64,000 nucleotides of DNA from Podarcis erhardii (taxonomy: Eukaryota): the NCBI GenBank assembly GCA_964252035.1, contig OZ176205.1; one strand, written 5' to 3'. The number at the start of each line of letters is the position of its first letter. The stretch's first letter is position 1. The position numbers were made by a program, and so were the translations under genes. The notes under the pieces are model-generated. The model had not been told where the DNA came from, made no database searches, and worked only from the letters and a program-made list of their open reading frames with translations. This document shows positions 23,241 to 36,285 of this stretch, one piece after another.

Positions 23241-24223
23241 ATGGCAGTTGCCACCCACATGGGAAAATCAGGCATTCCTATACAATAGGGCTCATTGACC
23301 ACTAGTCAGCTGATTGGCACTGTCATTAAGCCTCACTTGCAGAGGAATAACGAAAGCTTAAAAGTTAGCTCCCAGTTGTTTATTTGTAGCCACATTTTTG
23401 TAGTCACATCACGTAGGGCAGGTTGACATGGTTTGAGGAACATGGTCTTGTGGTCCAAGTTGGGGCCTGTGCAGGACCTTAGGCCTGTGGGGCAGAGTAT
23501 CCTCACACCTGCTATATACATTAAGCCATGTCACGAGGTTATGTGAACCTTTTGAAACCCATTAGACACAGTATATGTTTTTCAGTAATGTAGGCTGTGA
23601 AGGAAGCAGCCCAAGCAGCGAGAAGGAAAATTTGAGGGCATTTTAACTGTCTAGGGAAATTCAGGCTGGTTGTATCTCGAACTGCTTTGGCATTCCAAAT
23701 AAGAAGCTAGTAGAGTAACTGGTTCTCTTTGGCACCAGAGGAGAAATATCACTTATCAATTCATCCAGCAGCCTCCCTGTCTTGTTTTCATCTTGGCAGT
23801 CTCCCTTCCACTTACAACCTGTGCCTAACATTTCTTCGCTTGTGAAATGAAATGAGATCACAGCCTGAGGTGGTATAGCTTCAGGCAGTGGTATAGCTCC
23901 GGGCGAGACTTTCAACTCCAAGATATATTTTTATATGTTTCTGTCAGAAGGACAATGTATTGTTGGTTGAAGAGAACTCAGGGTCATCGCAAAAGTGCAA
24001 TGGAGCCACCATTCCAAGATAAATAAATAATTTCTGGGACTAACAGTAAGCAGAATAGGTGTAAGGCATATTCTGGAAGGAAGAACAGTAGTTTGCATGT
24101 TGCTGCAGGCAAGGAAGAAACTAATTGCCCTCTCATTTCTAAGAGTCCCAGGCCTTGGAACACAAGAAGAAACACTCCTTTTTAAAAAGACAAAAGGAGG
24201 CACACGACTGAGCAATATGAACG

Positions 24224-24958
24224 GTGCCATCCTTGAAGCTGTGTCTTGAGGCTCAGGAGGCCTTAATGGTGTGCAGTGCCTTCCATCAGCTTCAGCTGGT
24301 GGCCCAGCTGTGCCCCTATCTGGACAAGAATAGCCTAACTTCTGTCGTCTATTCTCTAGTAACCTCTAGTTCAGATTACTGCAATGCATTTTACATAGGA
24401 GCTGCATCTGAAGACGGTTTGGAAACTTCAGCTGGTGAAGAATCTGGCAGCCAAGTTGCTCACTGGAGCAAGACGGTTTGAGCATATTACACCGGTCCTG
24501 GCCTGACCGGCTGCCAATTAGCTTGTGAGCCCAATTCAAAGTGCTGGTTTTGACCAGTGGTGTAGCGTGGGTTGCCAGCATGCAGGGCAAGGAAAGAATT
24601 GTGCCCCTTAACTGGTGCCTCCATGCAGTGCTACTGCTGCTGCCAGAAAGAGCAGTGGTGGGACATGGGTGTGTGCCTTCACCACTCCCACCACTGTGAT
24701 TCTCACCATCTGCCCATCTCTGCCGGCAGGGGATGCTGTATGGCCAAGGGATGCAAGAGCCTGTCCTCTCCCAGCTCCTGTTCAGCATGCTGCTCACATG
24801 AGACAGAATGGGGAGCACCTCCAGTTGCGGCACCAGCTGCAGAGGCTTGTCCCTAAAAATGTGCCTCAGGCAATTGCTCTGGTAGCCCCTCGCCCATGTT
24901 ACACTTTGATTTTGACCTATAAAGCCTTAAATGGCTCAGGACCACAATACTTCAAGGA
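24224..24958 (+). mobile_element. L2 LINE ORF2 C-terminal fragment split by a hAT-like insertion
   Basis: FHQLQLVAQLCPYLDKNSLTSVVYSLVTSSSDYCNAFYIG, resuming as LILTYKALNGSGPQYFKDH, typical of squamate L2 ORF2. Confidence 0.88.
24555..24908. mobile_element. hAT-like non-autonomous element (CAGTGGTGTAGC terminus), 354 bp, 8-bp TSD GTTTTGAC/ATTTTGAC
   Basis: TSD at 24547-24554 and 24909-24916 (1 mismatch). The right terminus is a degenerate inverted repeat. Confidence 0.7.
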
Positions 24959-24965
24959 CCACCAG

Positions 24966-25086
24966 CTAGGTCTCCAGCTGTTTTGGGACTACAACTCCTA
25001 TCATCCCTAGCTAGCAGGACCAGTGGTCAAAGAAGATGGGAATTGTAGTTCAAAAACAGCTAGAGACCCAAGTTTGGGAAACCCTG
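24966..25086. mobile_element. Short hAT-type MITE with truncated left TIR
   Basis: The core gactacaactcctatcatccctagctagcaggaccagtggtc..gatgggaattgtagt is shared with 6392-6527; right end gggaaaccctg. Confidence 0.8.
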
Positions 25087-25269
25087 GACTCTAGATGATA
25101 GCTAATACACAGGAGATCTTACTTAGGACAAGGTGTGGGATTGGCTGGTTATCAGGTTCTCCATGACTATGATTTCTTGATTATTTTTTCATAAAATGGT
25201 TTAAAAGAAGGAGGATCTCGGAATAGATCAGGTGACAAATATGCTGGCAAGGGGTGGGGGTGCCATTAC

Positions 25270-26076
25270 CTAGAAAGGAAAAAACAGCAACCAGTGCAAC
25301 ATCTCGTCCGTAGTTCCTCCTCCTGTTTTCTAAAATACCAGGAGGGTGTTTAAGTGCAGACTTACAGTTGACCTCCGTGAGCTCAAGCAGATTGGTCACT
25401 GATGGGTTTTCAGAAGCTCTGCAACTCACATTATCAGCGTTTCTGAGCATCCTTGATGAAGAATTGACGTATTTCCTTAGAAAGGAGGCTAGGTCGTGAA
25501 GTTTGCATGTGCAGTTCCATGAGTTCTGGTCTAAGCTTAGAAGACTTAATTGAGTGAGAGAGGAAAAGGTGTCAGGAATAATGGCTAGCCTGTTCCTTGA
25601 AAGGTCAATTTCCATCAGTTGGGCGAGGCCGTGGAAGGCTCTCTTTTCAATGGAGCTAATGAAATTGTTTGACAAATCTAGGATCCTGAGTTTGCCAAGC
25701 TTTGCCATCTCAAAGCTTTCCCCTGTGATGCTCATTAGTTGATTCCCATTTAAGTGGAGTCTAATAAGATCCTTTGTGCTCATAAACCAAATTCCACGAA
25801 TGCGGCTCAAAATGTTGTTGCTTAACACTAGCACTTGCAGCTTTTGAAGTTCATGAAATGTGCTGTACGTGATAGAAGAGCTTGATATTTGGTTCTGGTC
25901 CAGAAGTAAAGTCTTCAGGGTTCTAAGTCCAAGAAAAGCATCATCTCTAATGGTTGTAATCCCATTAGCGCTGAGTCTTAGTAAAGTTGCATTGAACAGG
26001 AAGGACAGGTTAAACCCTTCTACTGAAGTGATACTTCCATCAGTAACAATCAAAGCTTTTGTGGATGCAGGAACAG
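25270..26076 (-). CDS. LRRC53: LRRC53 exon encoding the LRR array, LRRCT cap (WNCTC..C..C) and first half of the transmembrane helix (DVALVAVFSFLG)
   Basis: Acceptor tttcgtatAG at 26078-26077 and donor GTaatg at 25269. 807 nt, phase 1 to 1. LxxLxLxxNxI repeats are visible in ORF-track 25181..26053. Confidence 0.96.
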
Positions 26077-26399
26077 CTATACGAAAGGAATAGAAATATA
26101 GTTAAGTTTCTATAGAGGTGCAGGCTTGCTCCTCGTAATCTTTGCTTGGATTTTAAGCAACTCATATTAATGGGGTTACGAATCAAAAGTTATTTTTCAT
26201 TTGTTAAAAGAGAAAACTTCCCATTCTAATTTACAAAATACCTACTAGCGTTCTTGATATACAATTTATTGATACAAAGTATTGCTTTGATAAATTTTAT
26301 TTATTTGTTTTGACAGTTTATGTGCTGCTTAATTACAATCATTATCTAGGGGCGTGCAATGAAAATAAAAAAAACCAGTTAAAAATATAAATTCAGAAT

Positions 26400-26755
26400 T
26401 GAGTTAAAATTCTTGCTGGAATAAACGTGTCTTTAGTAGGCACTGGAAATTCAAGTTGCCTGACCTCAACTGGAAGGGAATTCCATGAAATGGGGCCCAC
26501 AATATTGAATGCATCCATACATCTGAGTCATGGGGGACCACTAGGAGTAACTTCCCCTGAAGACCTCAGTGGTTGGACAGGGATATCAAGAATCTTGCAT
26601 TCCTTGAGCTATCTTAGACTCAAGTTGTTAAGGACTTTGCAAATGAATACAAGTGCCTTGAACCTGGCCTTGTAACATATGGGCAACCAGTGCAAGCTTT
26701 TGAACACTGGAGTCATGTAGAGGGAATAGTTTTGTCCCCATCAACAGTCTGGTTG
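26400..26755 (-). mobile_element. Degenerate L2 LINE 3' fragment
   Basis: The minus strand reads ctggttgcccatatgttacaaggccaggttcaaggcacttgtattc (WLPICYKARFKALVF), an L2 ORF2 C-terminal signature. Confidence 0.7.
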
Positions 26756-26788
26756 CTGATATATCTATATCATCTATATCTATGGATA

Positions 26789-26790
<2 letters not shown>

Positions 26791-26840
<50 letters not shown>
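26791..26840. repeat. (GT)25 microsatellite
   Basis: Read directly. Confidence 0.97.
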
Positions 26841-26843
<3 letters not shown>

Positions 26844-27026
26844 AGTCAGAGAGAGCATTAGAAGACAACTTAGGTCAGTGATGAAATACAGTGTGATAGG
26901 TCATTTGAGCAACCTGCTTTTACAATCAAATATCACTTTTTAAAGCAATATTTTATCATTTCAAAAGGGGGGAAAGGAAAAGGAGCATGTAGTTAATTAC
27001 CTCTATCCTGTTGAAAGAGAAACTTA

Positions 27027-27702
27027 CCGTATTTTTCGCTCTATAGGATGCACCAGACGATAAGACACACCTAGTTTTGAGGGGAGGAAAACAAGAAAAA
27101 AAATATTCTGAATCCCAGAAGCCAGAACAGCAAGAGGGATCTGGCTTCTGGGATAGCCTCTTGCTGTTCTGGCTTCTGGGATAGCCGCTGAAGCCTCTCC
27201 TGGGCAGCGGGATGAAGGCACCCCCTGCCCGGAAGAGGCTGCCCTCTGTCCCTTCCCCCATCTCCTGCAAGATCCGCGCGCTCTTAAAAGGGAGTGCGGC
27301 TCTTGGGGGCTTTTCTGGGAAATGTGGGAAGGGACAGAGCCACGCGCGAAGCCTCCGCAGGGCAGCAGGGAGCCTTCATCCCGCTGCCCTATGGAGGCTT
27401 TGGGGGCCTATCCAAAAGCCAGAATAGCTAGAGGGAGTGCTGCACAGCACTCCCTCTAGCTGGTCTAGCTTCGCGCGAAGCCTCTGCAGGGCACGGGGAG
27501 CCTTCATCCCGCTGCCCTGCGGAGGCTTTGCACAGCTAAGCCAGAAGCTAGAACAGCGAGAGGGAGCACTGCGAAACACTCCCTCTCCCTATTCTAGCTT
27601 CTGGCTTAGCCGCGCAGCCTGCATTCGCTCCATAAGACGCACACACATTTTCCCTTACTTTTTAGAAGGGAAAAAGTGTGTCTTATAGAGAGAAAAATAC
27701 GG
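27027..27702 (+). mobile_element. Tc2/pogo-type MITE, 676 bp, TA TSD, with GC-rich internally duplicated interior
   Basis: TIR CCGTATTTTTCGCTCTATAGGA / TCTTATAGAGAGAAAAATACGG, with TA at 27025-27026 and 27703-27704. Both ends resemble 19325-19729. Confidence 0.92.
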
Positions 27703-29888
27703 TATTTGGGGGCAGTTCATAAAGGCTATCCAAGGCTGCTCATCCCTAAGGCAAAAGTGCGCTAACCCCTGGAACAGATCCCAAGTGGATCTGCATCACA
27801 GGGCCCCAAATTCAACATTAAGTAGGAAGATGTTTGTATGCGTTGTCCTTATTTCATGCTTCAGAATGGAAAGGCAGGGCTCCACTCCTTTTCTGTTTCA
27901 TTATTTTGCCGCATTGTATCTAGTGAATGCAATAAGAATGCAATAAGCATGGCATTCCGTGTGATCTTTCACTCCGGCTGTGGAGGGTAGAGCTTTAATG
28001 GCTTCATAAACTGACAGCACAATTCTGCACCAAGTGGCTGGAAGGTATACATCGCTGCAGAGGTGCATTGCCATCAAAACCCCATCTGGAGCATGCTGCT
28101 TGCATCCTGGATGCAGCCTATGACTGGAAAGCACCAATGAAAAAACTCATAGCAAAACAGCCCAGAATCTAATAATAATATAACCAGGTCAGACAAAGAT
28201 GATGGAAAGAGTGGACTGCTTCCCTTAACTGGAGCGGCATGGATATGTGTTATGCCAGCACTCCAAGCTGCCTCTCTCAGCTGACTGCCATCATCAATCT
28301 CCCTGTCCTGCCTGGATTAAGTCACTGCCAGCTTGCCCTCTCCCAGCACCATGCTCACTCAGACAGTAGCTTAAATTCATCAAAAGCTTCATACAACACT
28401 CTTGTCGTTACCAGTATATTAATATTTTTTGGGGGTGGGGGGTTTACTGTGCTCCTGTGTGACAGATTTGTTCAAGAAACAGAAAACCATCTGTTCCACT
28501 AGATGTCAAAGTTAATGCATTGCTTATCACAATGATTTTTATGCTGTAATATGCAAAAAGATTTTCCCCGCCTCTCCACCTTTCTAATGGAAGTGAGAAA
28601 CGAACAGCACTTTAACATAAGCATGCCGAGCAGGCAAGCTTCCCACATGCTGCTCAGCCACCGTGCCTCAATCCTGACCTGATGCACTCCTGCTATTACC
28701 AGCAAGGGCGTCCCCTGAGTAGCGACTGTCATTTGAGCTACCTCACCAATTTACTGATGCTAATGTTTATCTGTGCTGGGAAGTCATTTGTTGTTTTCCC
28801 TTTACAATATGGATTATTTTGCCTCGGGCGGTTGTAATAAACTTGACAGGGGGTCTGTTTTCTTATTGATGCCTTGGAGGATTTCCCATAGGGCTCTCAT
28901 TAAGGCATCTGAATGCAGTCCCCCTGCTGTGGTATGTATTGCTTTTAATCAGGTCCCTCTATATGATAGAGATTAGCCCAGTCTTAGCTTACGTATCGTA
29001 CAGTTGCTAAAATGACTGGCGGAAGACTACAGAGCCGCCATTAAACAAGTAGCACTTTTCGCAAGATAAAAGTTGATGTTATTATGGGTTATCATGACAA
29101 CGCTGGCTACTGCGCCGCCACTTCAGCATATTAGCATGCGTGTACTAATTGAATGAGGCAGAATGGTTGCGAAAGTGTGCTTACGTTGCATCTGCCAATG
29201 TTAAAACAGATATGGTGATACATTTGTCACCGAGCAAAGTAACGCAGGCTTTAAAATAGCAAAGGCACAAGGGTAGTTAAGTACTGCTGGATTACTTGCA
29301 AATGAAATAGTTTAACTGCCGGATTCTATAACTTGCAATACCAGCACAGGTATGCTTGTGACAGCTGTTAACAATGTTACCTGATCTTAACATTCAATCC
29401 AGCACAAAGGTTTAAAGTGACGATTTGAGGCAATTGGCTAGAGGGCTAATCAGTATTCCCCCCCTCCCCCATGCAGCAGTACACTACAAGTTGTTGCCTG
29501 CAGGCCATCAATTACTTAAAAACACCAAAAGCTCTAATTTATTGTTTTTAACACTTTGTGAGATTTGCAATTTTAATTTCTCGCTGAAATGAAAAACCAA
29601 ATAACAGAAAGCTTCTCAGTTTTTGCACATATTGAGCAGAGTCCATAAGTTTGGCAGCACCCAGCTGTGCTAAAACTCTTCAAGCACCAGCCTTTCAGCT
29701 GCCTTCTAGGACTTTTAACAGGAAGCAGCTAGCAATAGGTTCATTAGCCTTTTGCTATGGACTCTTCCTTGGGCTACATAGGGTTAGATTCCTCTTCATG
29801 CTTTGGTTCTATTCCCTTCCCTCCAGAAATTTCATCTCATCTCACTAGTCCTCATCCAAGTCTTCCATAACTTAATCCTAGGCTACTG

Positions 29889-30194
29889 CAGTGGTGTAGC
29901 TAGCTGCTTGAGCACCCTGGGCAGCACGCACACCCTGCGCCCAGGGCTGGGGCTAGCCACCCTTGGGAGCAGGGCAAGCCAACCATTGGGCGGGGTGAGC
30001 CAGGGTAGGCCACTCTGCATGGAGCCTTGCCGCAGCCTCCCCATCAGCTGTAGGGCGGCAGAGCCTGCAGATGCCTAAACCACTGTGTCACTCCCAGGAG
30101 AGACACATGGCTCGGGTGCTCTACACGCCCTGTGGTAAGTGCCTCCCCCTTCCGTGTGGTGCCCAGTGCCTCCCACCCCCTAAGTACGCCTCTG
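29889..30194. mobile_element. hAT-like non-autonomous element (CAGTGGTGTAGCTAG / CTAAGTACGCCTCTG), next to an L2 remnant at about 29790-29888
   Basis: Imperfect TIRs of the same type as 24555; no TSD recognisable. Confidence 0.55.
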
Positions 30195-32469
30195 CGTAGT
30201 GTGAGTCGTTTTTTGCATATGCACCTCATTTGAGTTACTCCTTTCCTTGATGTACCTGCCTGTCATCCCGACCTTGCCTGACCCTTCCTCTGACCCATGG
30301 ACTGAACTGTAAACTTGATTTTGAAATAGTTGTACTCAGCAAATCCCACTATTGTAGATCTATCCTTTCTTATTTCTGCTTAGTTCCTACAAGGTTCTGT
30401 CCAATCTTTCTTCTGCAAAGGCCAAATGCACTTGCTCTTGAAAGCCTAATATCAATGGCCTAATATCAAAATTGGTTATGAAATGTAGCCCAGAAGTTTA
30501 ACATTACCCTTTTAAATGACTTCTGTGACTATTCAGAGATTCTTCCTAAAATAACTATGGCCTATGTGACACAATCTTGATCCTCATTAATTGAAACAAT
30601 TATATATGACTTTATATGTATCATAGCATTCCCACTTGAAATGGAATGGAATTCTTTTGACATTGCTTTTGACTACCTCCAAAGCACAACTTTGAATGAG
30701 AACACATGGGCATTGAGCAGCAAGCAAAGAAACACTCCCATTATTCCCTGGAAACCACCGACTTTCACACAGCTTTCAATTACAATGTGGTTTAATTAAA
30801 TTGGCATCAATTCTTCCACGTAGAACAGCCTTCAAAGTCAGGGAATTCATCTTGCAAAGTGGGAGCTTAATTTGTATTGATTTTGATTAGAGTTTAAAAT
30901 CATTGGGCCTCTACTATCCTCACAGCCAAATTAGCCTCTCATTAAAAGCCAAAGTAGACTCGATGGCGACTGTGGGCAAAGCACTTGCCTGTGTAAGTGT
31001 CCCATGAATCACCATCAGGTATAAATGCATTTAACACTTGAGTCGGTTTGTGTTTAGAGGAGTTAGCATGCCACTGCTAGCTACGTTGTCCAGGCCAACA
31101 GCTCTGCACACAGATAAGCTGACTCATGCGTTAAGTACATTTACACATGGTAAGGCATTTGAGGAATGTTTAACATAGGCATGCACCATCCTCCCTGTTT
31201 TCGGCCCAATATGACTTTGAAAACAGTTGTTCTGACCATGTCCTGCCTTGGTTTCATAGCCTTCCATGCTCCCCTAAGACGGCTGAGGGAGACATACAGC
31301 AAGGGGAGGGGGGGGCTGTAACCTTCCAAATGAATTTTGGTTGCAGTTCTCGCCACCCCTGATCTTGGGCCATGCTAGCTGGGACTGAAGGTAGTTTGAG
31401 TCCAACAACATCTGGAGGTCCCCATCCTTGACAGAGAGGTTGCTTGACTCAGGGACGAACCTTCAGCATCTCCTCACATGCCTTCCCAGCTTGAGGACAA
31501 GGCCTAAATACCACCTGTACCTTGAATCTCCCATTAAACACCTACTGAGTATTTAGCTACGAGCTTAATGTAGAGCCAATGCTTCAAAGCTTTTCTAGGA
31601 AGAGAGACTTTCACTGGCATTTTTGTTATGGGAGTAGGATGGCAGCAAAGGAGATCATCACAAAACCCAGGAAGTTACTGCATTTATTTACATTTGGCGT
31701 CACATTTGGGTCCCTTAATTTTTTCTTCCTCATATGCCAAATGGGAACAGTATAGCCAGGGAAAAGGATTATTGGTTTTGTGGGTCATTTTATATTATTT
31801 TAATAACTATTAGGTTAGGGTTTTTTTTTCTGCTGATGGCAATAAGCAAATTTTCCTTTCCTAAGAATCAGCAGTACTTTGCTTTAAATTTGTTAATCAG
31901 GTGTCTTATTAAATTGTTGACTTAAACAAGCAATACATAATGAACACAGGCATTGTATCTTGTTAGCATTTCCACAGCTCATTTAACTCCAAGAGAAGAA
32001 AAAGCATACTTTCTTTCAGAATTATAATGCACTTTATGATGCTAATCTGTATCATTGGTACATCACTTAATCTTGCTAATGCTGAAGGGTTCCTTGGCAG
32101 GGTTAGAAGGCAATTGATAGCTCATTCAGCCAGTGGACAGCTTGAACTTTGCACAAAATGTGGATAAAACTTATTAAAATGATCTATTTTGTTTTTCTTA
32201 AAGCGTTTGGCTGAGTGAAATGACTCTGTTCTCGGTAACAAAGGTTTTCAATTACCTCTGAAGGGCTTGGAATAGTTTGGATAAGGCCTCTAGGCAAAGA
32301 GAAATGAAACAATGCTATCACTCTCCAGTCAAAATGTGAAAGGCTAGCTCTCTGAAAGTTTACCTCGCAGCAGCAGGCACAAGAAGCAGTCAATACAATT
32401 ACAGCTGTGCTGTGTGAGCTTACAGTATAGAATAAATATCAGTTCTCTGTAAGTGTCTTACTTAGTTAC

Positions 32470-32583
32470 CTAGTATATATGTTAATCCTTGACACAGAGT
32501 AATATCTTCAGAGCATACCACGCAGGAAGGAGGGCAGGATGCGGTTAACTGAATCATCATAGCAAGCAGACTGAGCAATGCAC
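32470..32583 (-). CDS. LRRC53: LRRC53 exon encoding (G)ALLSLLAMMIQLTASCPPSCVVCSEDITLCQGLTYIL(A): signal-peptide-like stretch plus LRRNT cysteine cap
   Basis: Minus-strand acceptor tttttcgtcccttttAG at 32585-32584 and donor GTaact at 32469. ATG at 32557 aligns with the recalled annotated human start MLRLVAACPESCVVC and gives 88 coding nt; the frame is open for the 26 nt upstream of it. Confidence 0.9.
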
Positions 32584-32660
32584 CTAAAAGGGACGAAAAA
32601 AGGGCACATGTACATATATCTGTATACACACACATGCACACATATCTTGGCCCTGACTTT

Positions 32661-32752
32661 TTAATATTGTTATTCATGACTTAATTGTAATTAAGCAGTG
32701 AACCCATTAATATTGTTATTCATGACTTAATTGTAATTAAGCAGTGAACCCA
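32661..32752. repeat. Exact 46-bp tandem duplication
   Basis: TTAATATTGTTATTCATGACTTAATTGTAATTAAGCAGTGAACCCA at 32661-32706 and 32707-32752. Confidence 0.97.
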
Positions 32753-33372
32753 TCACTTTTCAAAGAATCACACTTGTTTAAAAGTCAGAATTGTGATTCT
32801 TCCATTTTTGTTTTCATTTATAAGAAACACATTTAGCACCCTGTCTAATTTGGCCCTTAAATGAGTCTGTGTTTGGGACGCTTTGTAAGCATCATACATG
32901 CTGCTTAAGTTGTTACAAGTGATAGCTTCACTTTAGGGGGGCGGGTTGAGGTGCTGGATCCCTAAACCTTGAAGCTGTAATTTCATCCATCTGAGAAGGT
33001 CCTCTTTTCAAAGAGTTGTGGGAGGCAAGGAAAAGACACAGAATGGTAAGAAATGGAATGGTAAGAAAGCATTCAGTATGGCTCCTACAGTTCAGCTTAG
33101 ATACCAAGTTAAGGAAGTTCATGGAGGCGAAGCTTTTTATCACAGCCCTCAGCACCTTTGTACTATGACCCTGCCCCATATTCCTTAGAGAGACTCACCA
33201 ACCCTCCAGCATGGCTGTAGGGTTCCTTAAGTTAACTTGCCTTAGGATCCAAGCCAGTACCTTTTAGAAATTGGAAGTGTATGGCTGGAAGTGCTTTTTT
33301 TTTCTATCTTCACCAAAACAGACTCAATTTTCTTTGTACTTATATTGTTGTTCTGTCCTTATATATTTGCAG

Positions 33373-33432
33373 GGAAGGCCTGAATTTTCTGAAGTGGTCT
33401 CCAAATTAGAAGAGTGCCTGTGCAATATTGAG
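33373..33432 (+). CDS. TNNI3K: TNNI3K coding exon (exon 22 equivalent): [20 protein letters not shown], end of the kinase domain
   Basis: Acceptor ttgcAG at 33371-33372 and donor GTaatg at 33433. 60 nt, phase 0 to 0, containing the subdomain XI arginine (RP). Confidence 0.97.
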
Positions 33433-36285
33433 GTAATGGCAGAACATGTCACAGTTGGTAAGCAACATGAATGCATGGTTATGAGCGAGTGTGATGATGG
33501 CTGGGCTGGTTGCTCACAGAAGGAACTCCAGAAATATTGCAAGATATGGTGCCTGGCATTCTCAAGCTGATGTGCTCCGCTGCAATCTTAGCTATGAGAT
33601 AGGAAGGAGATGCAGGAAACGAATGCCATTTAAATATTGAAGGAACAGAGACATCACACCATAAAAAAATAGAGCCTAAAGTTAGAAGTCCTCATTCATC
33701 TCCATTCATAGAAACAAGCAATGAGAGCTAAAGGTGGCATGGGGGAAACATCATTGGTCCCAAGGTATGAATTGAAGGCACACAAGATGCCCACCTTATA
33801 GGTGAGGGTCTGGACAGTGCCTGGAAGAAGGGCAGCTGGGGAACCACATGAACTCAGGCTGGGGTTCCATGATGGAAGAAAAGTGGGCTATATATGTATA
33901 AATAAATACAATTCCCATACTGTGCACAATCATATATATCTTTGTTCCCACGTCTGCTATTTAACTTCCCCTCCCCCAGCCCTCCCCTGCCACCCACCCA
34001 CCACTGAAATTTCATGTAATGTCTAATTCAGCCCTTGGCATTAGGCAGTTTTGTATGTGAAATTTTGAGTGTGCACTTCATAAGCTACAATGTCTACCTT
34101 TGGCTCCCTGGAGAAAACGGTTGCTTGTCTGTTTCCCATTTTGCCATAAAGAGAAACAATGCAGAAAACAGGTATCTGGAACCATGTTTCACTTGTCCTG
34201 CAGCATCTCTAAACCAGAGCAACCAGCTCCCATCCATGATGTCACAAAATGGGTCAAACTACCACCCTTACACTACTTGCTTTAGTTTTGCATTTTCTTC
34301 TTCTAAACTTTACAAACTGAAATGGTGCAAAGGGTAAATGTCTGCATTGATGTTATAGGGTTATTGGCAATTAGGACATGCAAGAAAAGTTTTGTAAGAG
34401 CTGAGCCTCCAGATCATACCAAAGGTCCTTGCTAAATGAGCTTACTCAACATAATGTGATTAGCAGAAGTTAATTAGCGCAAGCAAGATCAACTTTTCCT
34501 GCTTACAAGGGCTTACAGTCTAGCATTTGGGTTTAGCATACAACATCCTAATGCCTTTGCTTTCAGCATATTTTTTCAGATCAGAATGTGAATGAATCCG
34601 AATATTACTGAACTAGTTTTATTAGCTTTCATGAGGAGCATCAGACCATGTGGTTGATGGCTGTACAATGGCCACAGGTCATCCTATGTGATCTAGGGCT
34701 TCTCACTTCACCTTAGTGGCCAGAGATGATACTGCAGCAACTTCCATGACACTCACCATTAAGAAACAAGCTCTGAAGCATCCTTGAAATCCTGTCCTGG
34801 TGCTGTCTAATGCCAAATGCAAGGAATTACATTCTGAACTTGAGAGGGTCCCCTTCCCATAAGAACATTAATGTGGCATTGTGTATTATTTCAAAATGTG
34901 GTAAGCCCCAAGTGCACCACTGGTTTGGGCAAGGACTGTGGTTAAAGAAAAATCATGCCCAAAGGTTCACTGCTCTCCAATGCTCTAAGTTTTCACATGT
35001 CCAAGGGCTGTACCCTGCAGTTTAAAAACAAATTCTGGGGCTTCTTCCTGCCAATCCTTTCCTTGCTTTGAGTCCTGTGGCTTCATCCCTCAGAAAAGGT
35101 AAATTTCACAGTGTTGAAGGGAGAAAATACCACATCAAGTATTTTCTAAAGCAATCAGCTGAGTCAATGGAACTTAACTTCAGTCTATGGCTAAAAAAAA
35201 TATCCCAGTCCTTTTGGCTTTCAACCGAGAGGATAGCTGATGAAATAGACGACATGCTTGATCTTGGCAACCAGGGTTGCACATGTGGGGAAAGTTCCCC
35301 ATTTCCTTTCCCCTCCTATCAAAGTATATCATCACTCTTGAGCCAAAGGGTCAGAGCAGTGACTCCCATCATCTATTTCATTTTTCAAGCTCCAGCTGCA
35401 GCATGATACATTGTGTGTAGGTGGAAGTGCCTCTAAGAAAGTGTGTGTGTACATGTGTGTTTTGTTTTGTTGACAGCCTGAAGCAGTATATCACAAGTAA
35501 CTGTGCTGTCTCAGAGGAGACCTAGCTAGCTCCTGTGATACATAGTCAGCAGTTTATATGAGATTAAATCTGGGGTGTGAGCCCATGTAAGCTTCAGAAA
35601 GAAGAGCAATACTTAGCTGGCTAAAACACATCGCGTGCATCATCAGAGCAACAGAGTGGTGAAGTGTGAAGGAGCAAGTGCTGTCATAAAGGGAGGCTAA
35701 CATTTTAGGATCTTTGTTGGCCACATGAAATAAGATGTGAAGATACTCTCTGGGCTTGTTCAAACCAGAACAAATTGTTGATTTGCACCTGCCTGTTTCC
35801 TCATTAATGTAAGAAAACCTTCTAGAAGTTGTTGAACTAAAACTCCCGCCATCCCTGAACATTGTCTATGCTAGCTGGGGCTGATGGGAGCTGGAATAAC
35901 ACCTTAGGGTCCTAGGAGCAACGTTTGCCACATGGCACAGCTGTGGTGGGTCCGGGGAGGCTGCCATCTTCCAGTGGGGTTGGAGGATAGTTGAAGGGTC
36001 TCTCTTTGGCCAACCCTTGGAACAGCATATACATGCGAGAGTACATGTTCAGTCCCCTGAACAGAAAACATAACAGAATGCTTTGTACAGGCGACAATGA
36101 TTAGCATCCTCTTGGCAACAATTTCTGAAACCTAACATGTTGAGAGCAGTAGAAATAGCTGGGGACTGGAGCAAAGTTACTTGTGAGATACTGCATATGG
36201 TGAGTTCTGCTGCTGTCAGCTTTTCTGGCAAGATTTCACAGTTCTCATAAGTGGGTATTGACAGTGTTCTCTCTGTTCATTCCAG

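Noticed and set aside
25310-25335. ENRRRNYG basic cluster before the LRRC53 TM helix as a furin site
   Set aside because: It does not fit R-X-K/R-R, and the recalled human sequence lacks the cluster.
27900-28140. Minus-strand FQPLG..KPLK resembling the pogo transposase LQPLD..KPFK motif
   Set aside because: The spacing is wrong and there is no supporting upstream DDE context; it may be chance.
36181-36196. Alternative LRRC53 first-exon candidate ATG CAG TAT CTC ACA A|GTAACT (would give MQYLTSALLSLLAM..)
   Set aside because: The phase is compatible, but the donor and Kozak context are weaker than at 45692 and there is no nearby upstream in-frame stop. Kept only as a fallback to test.
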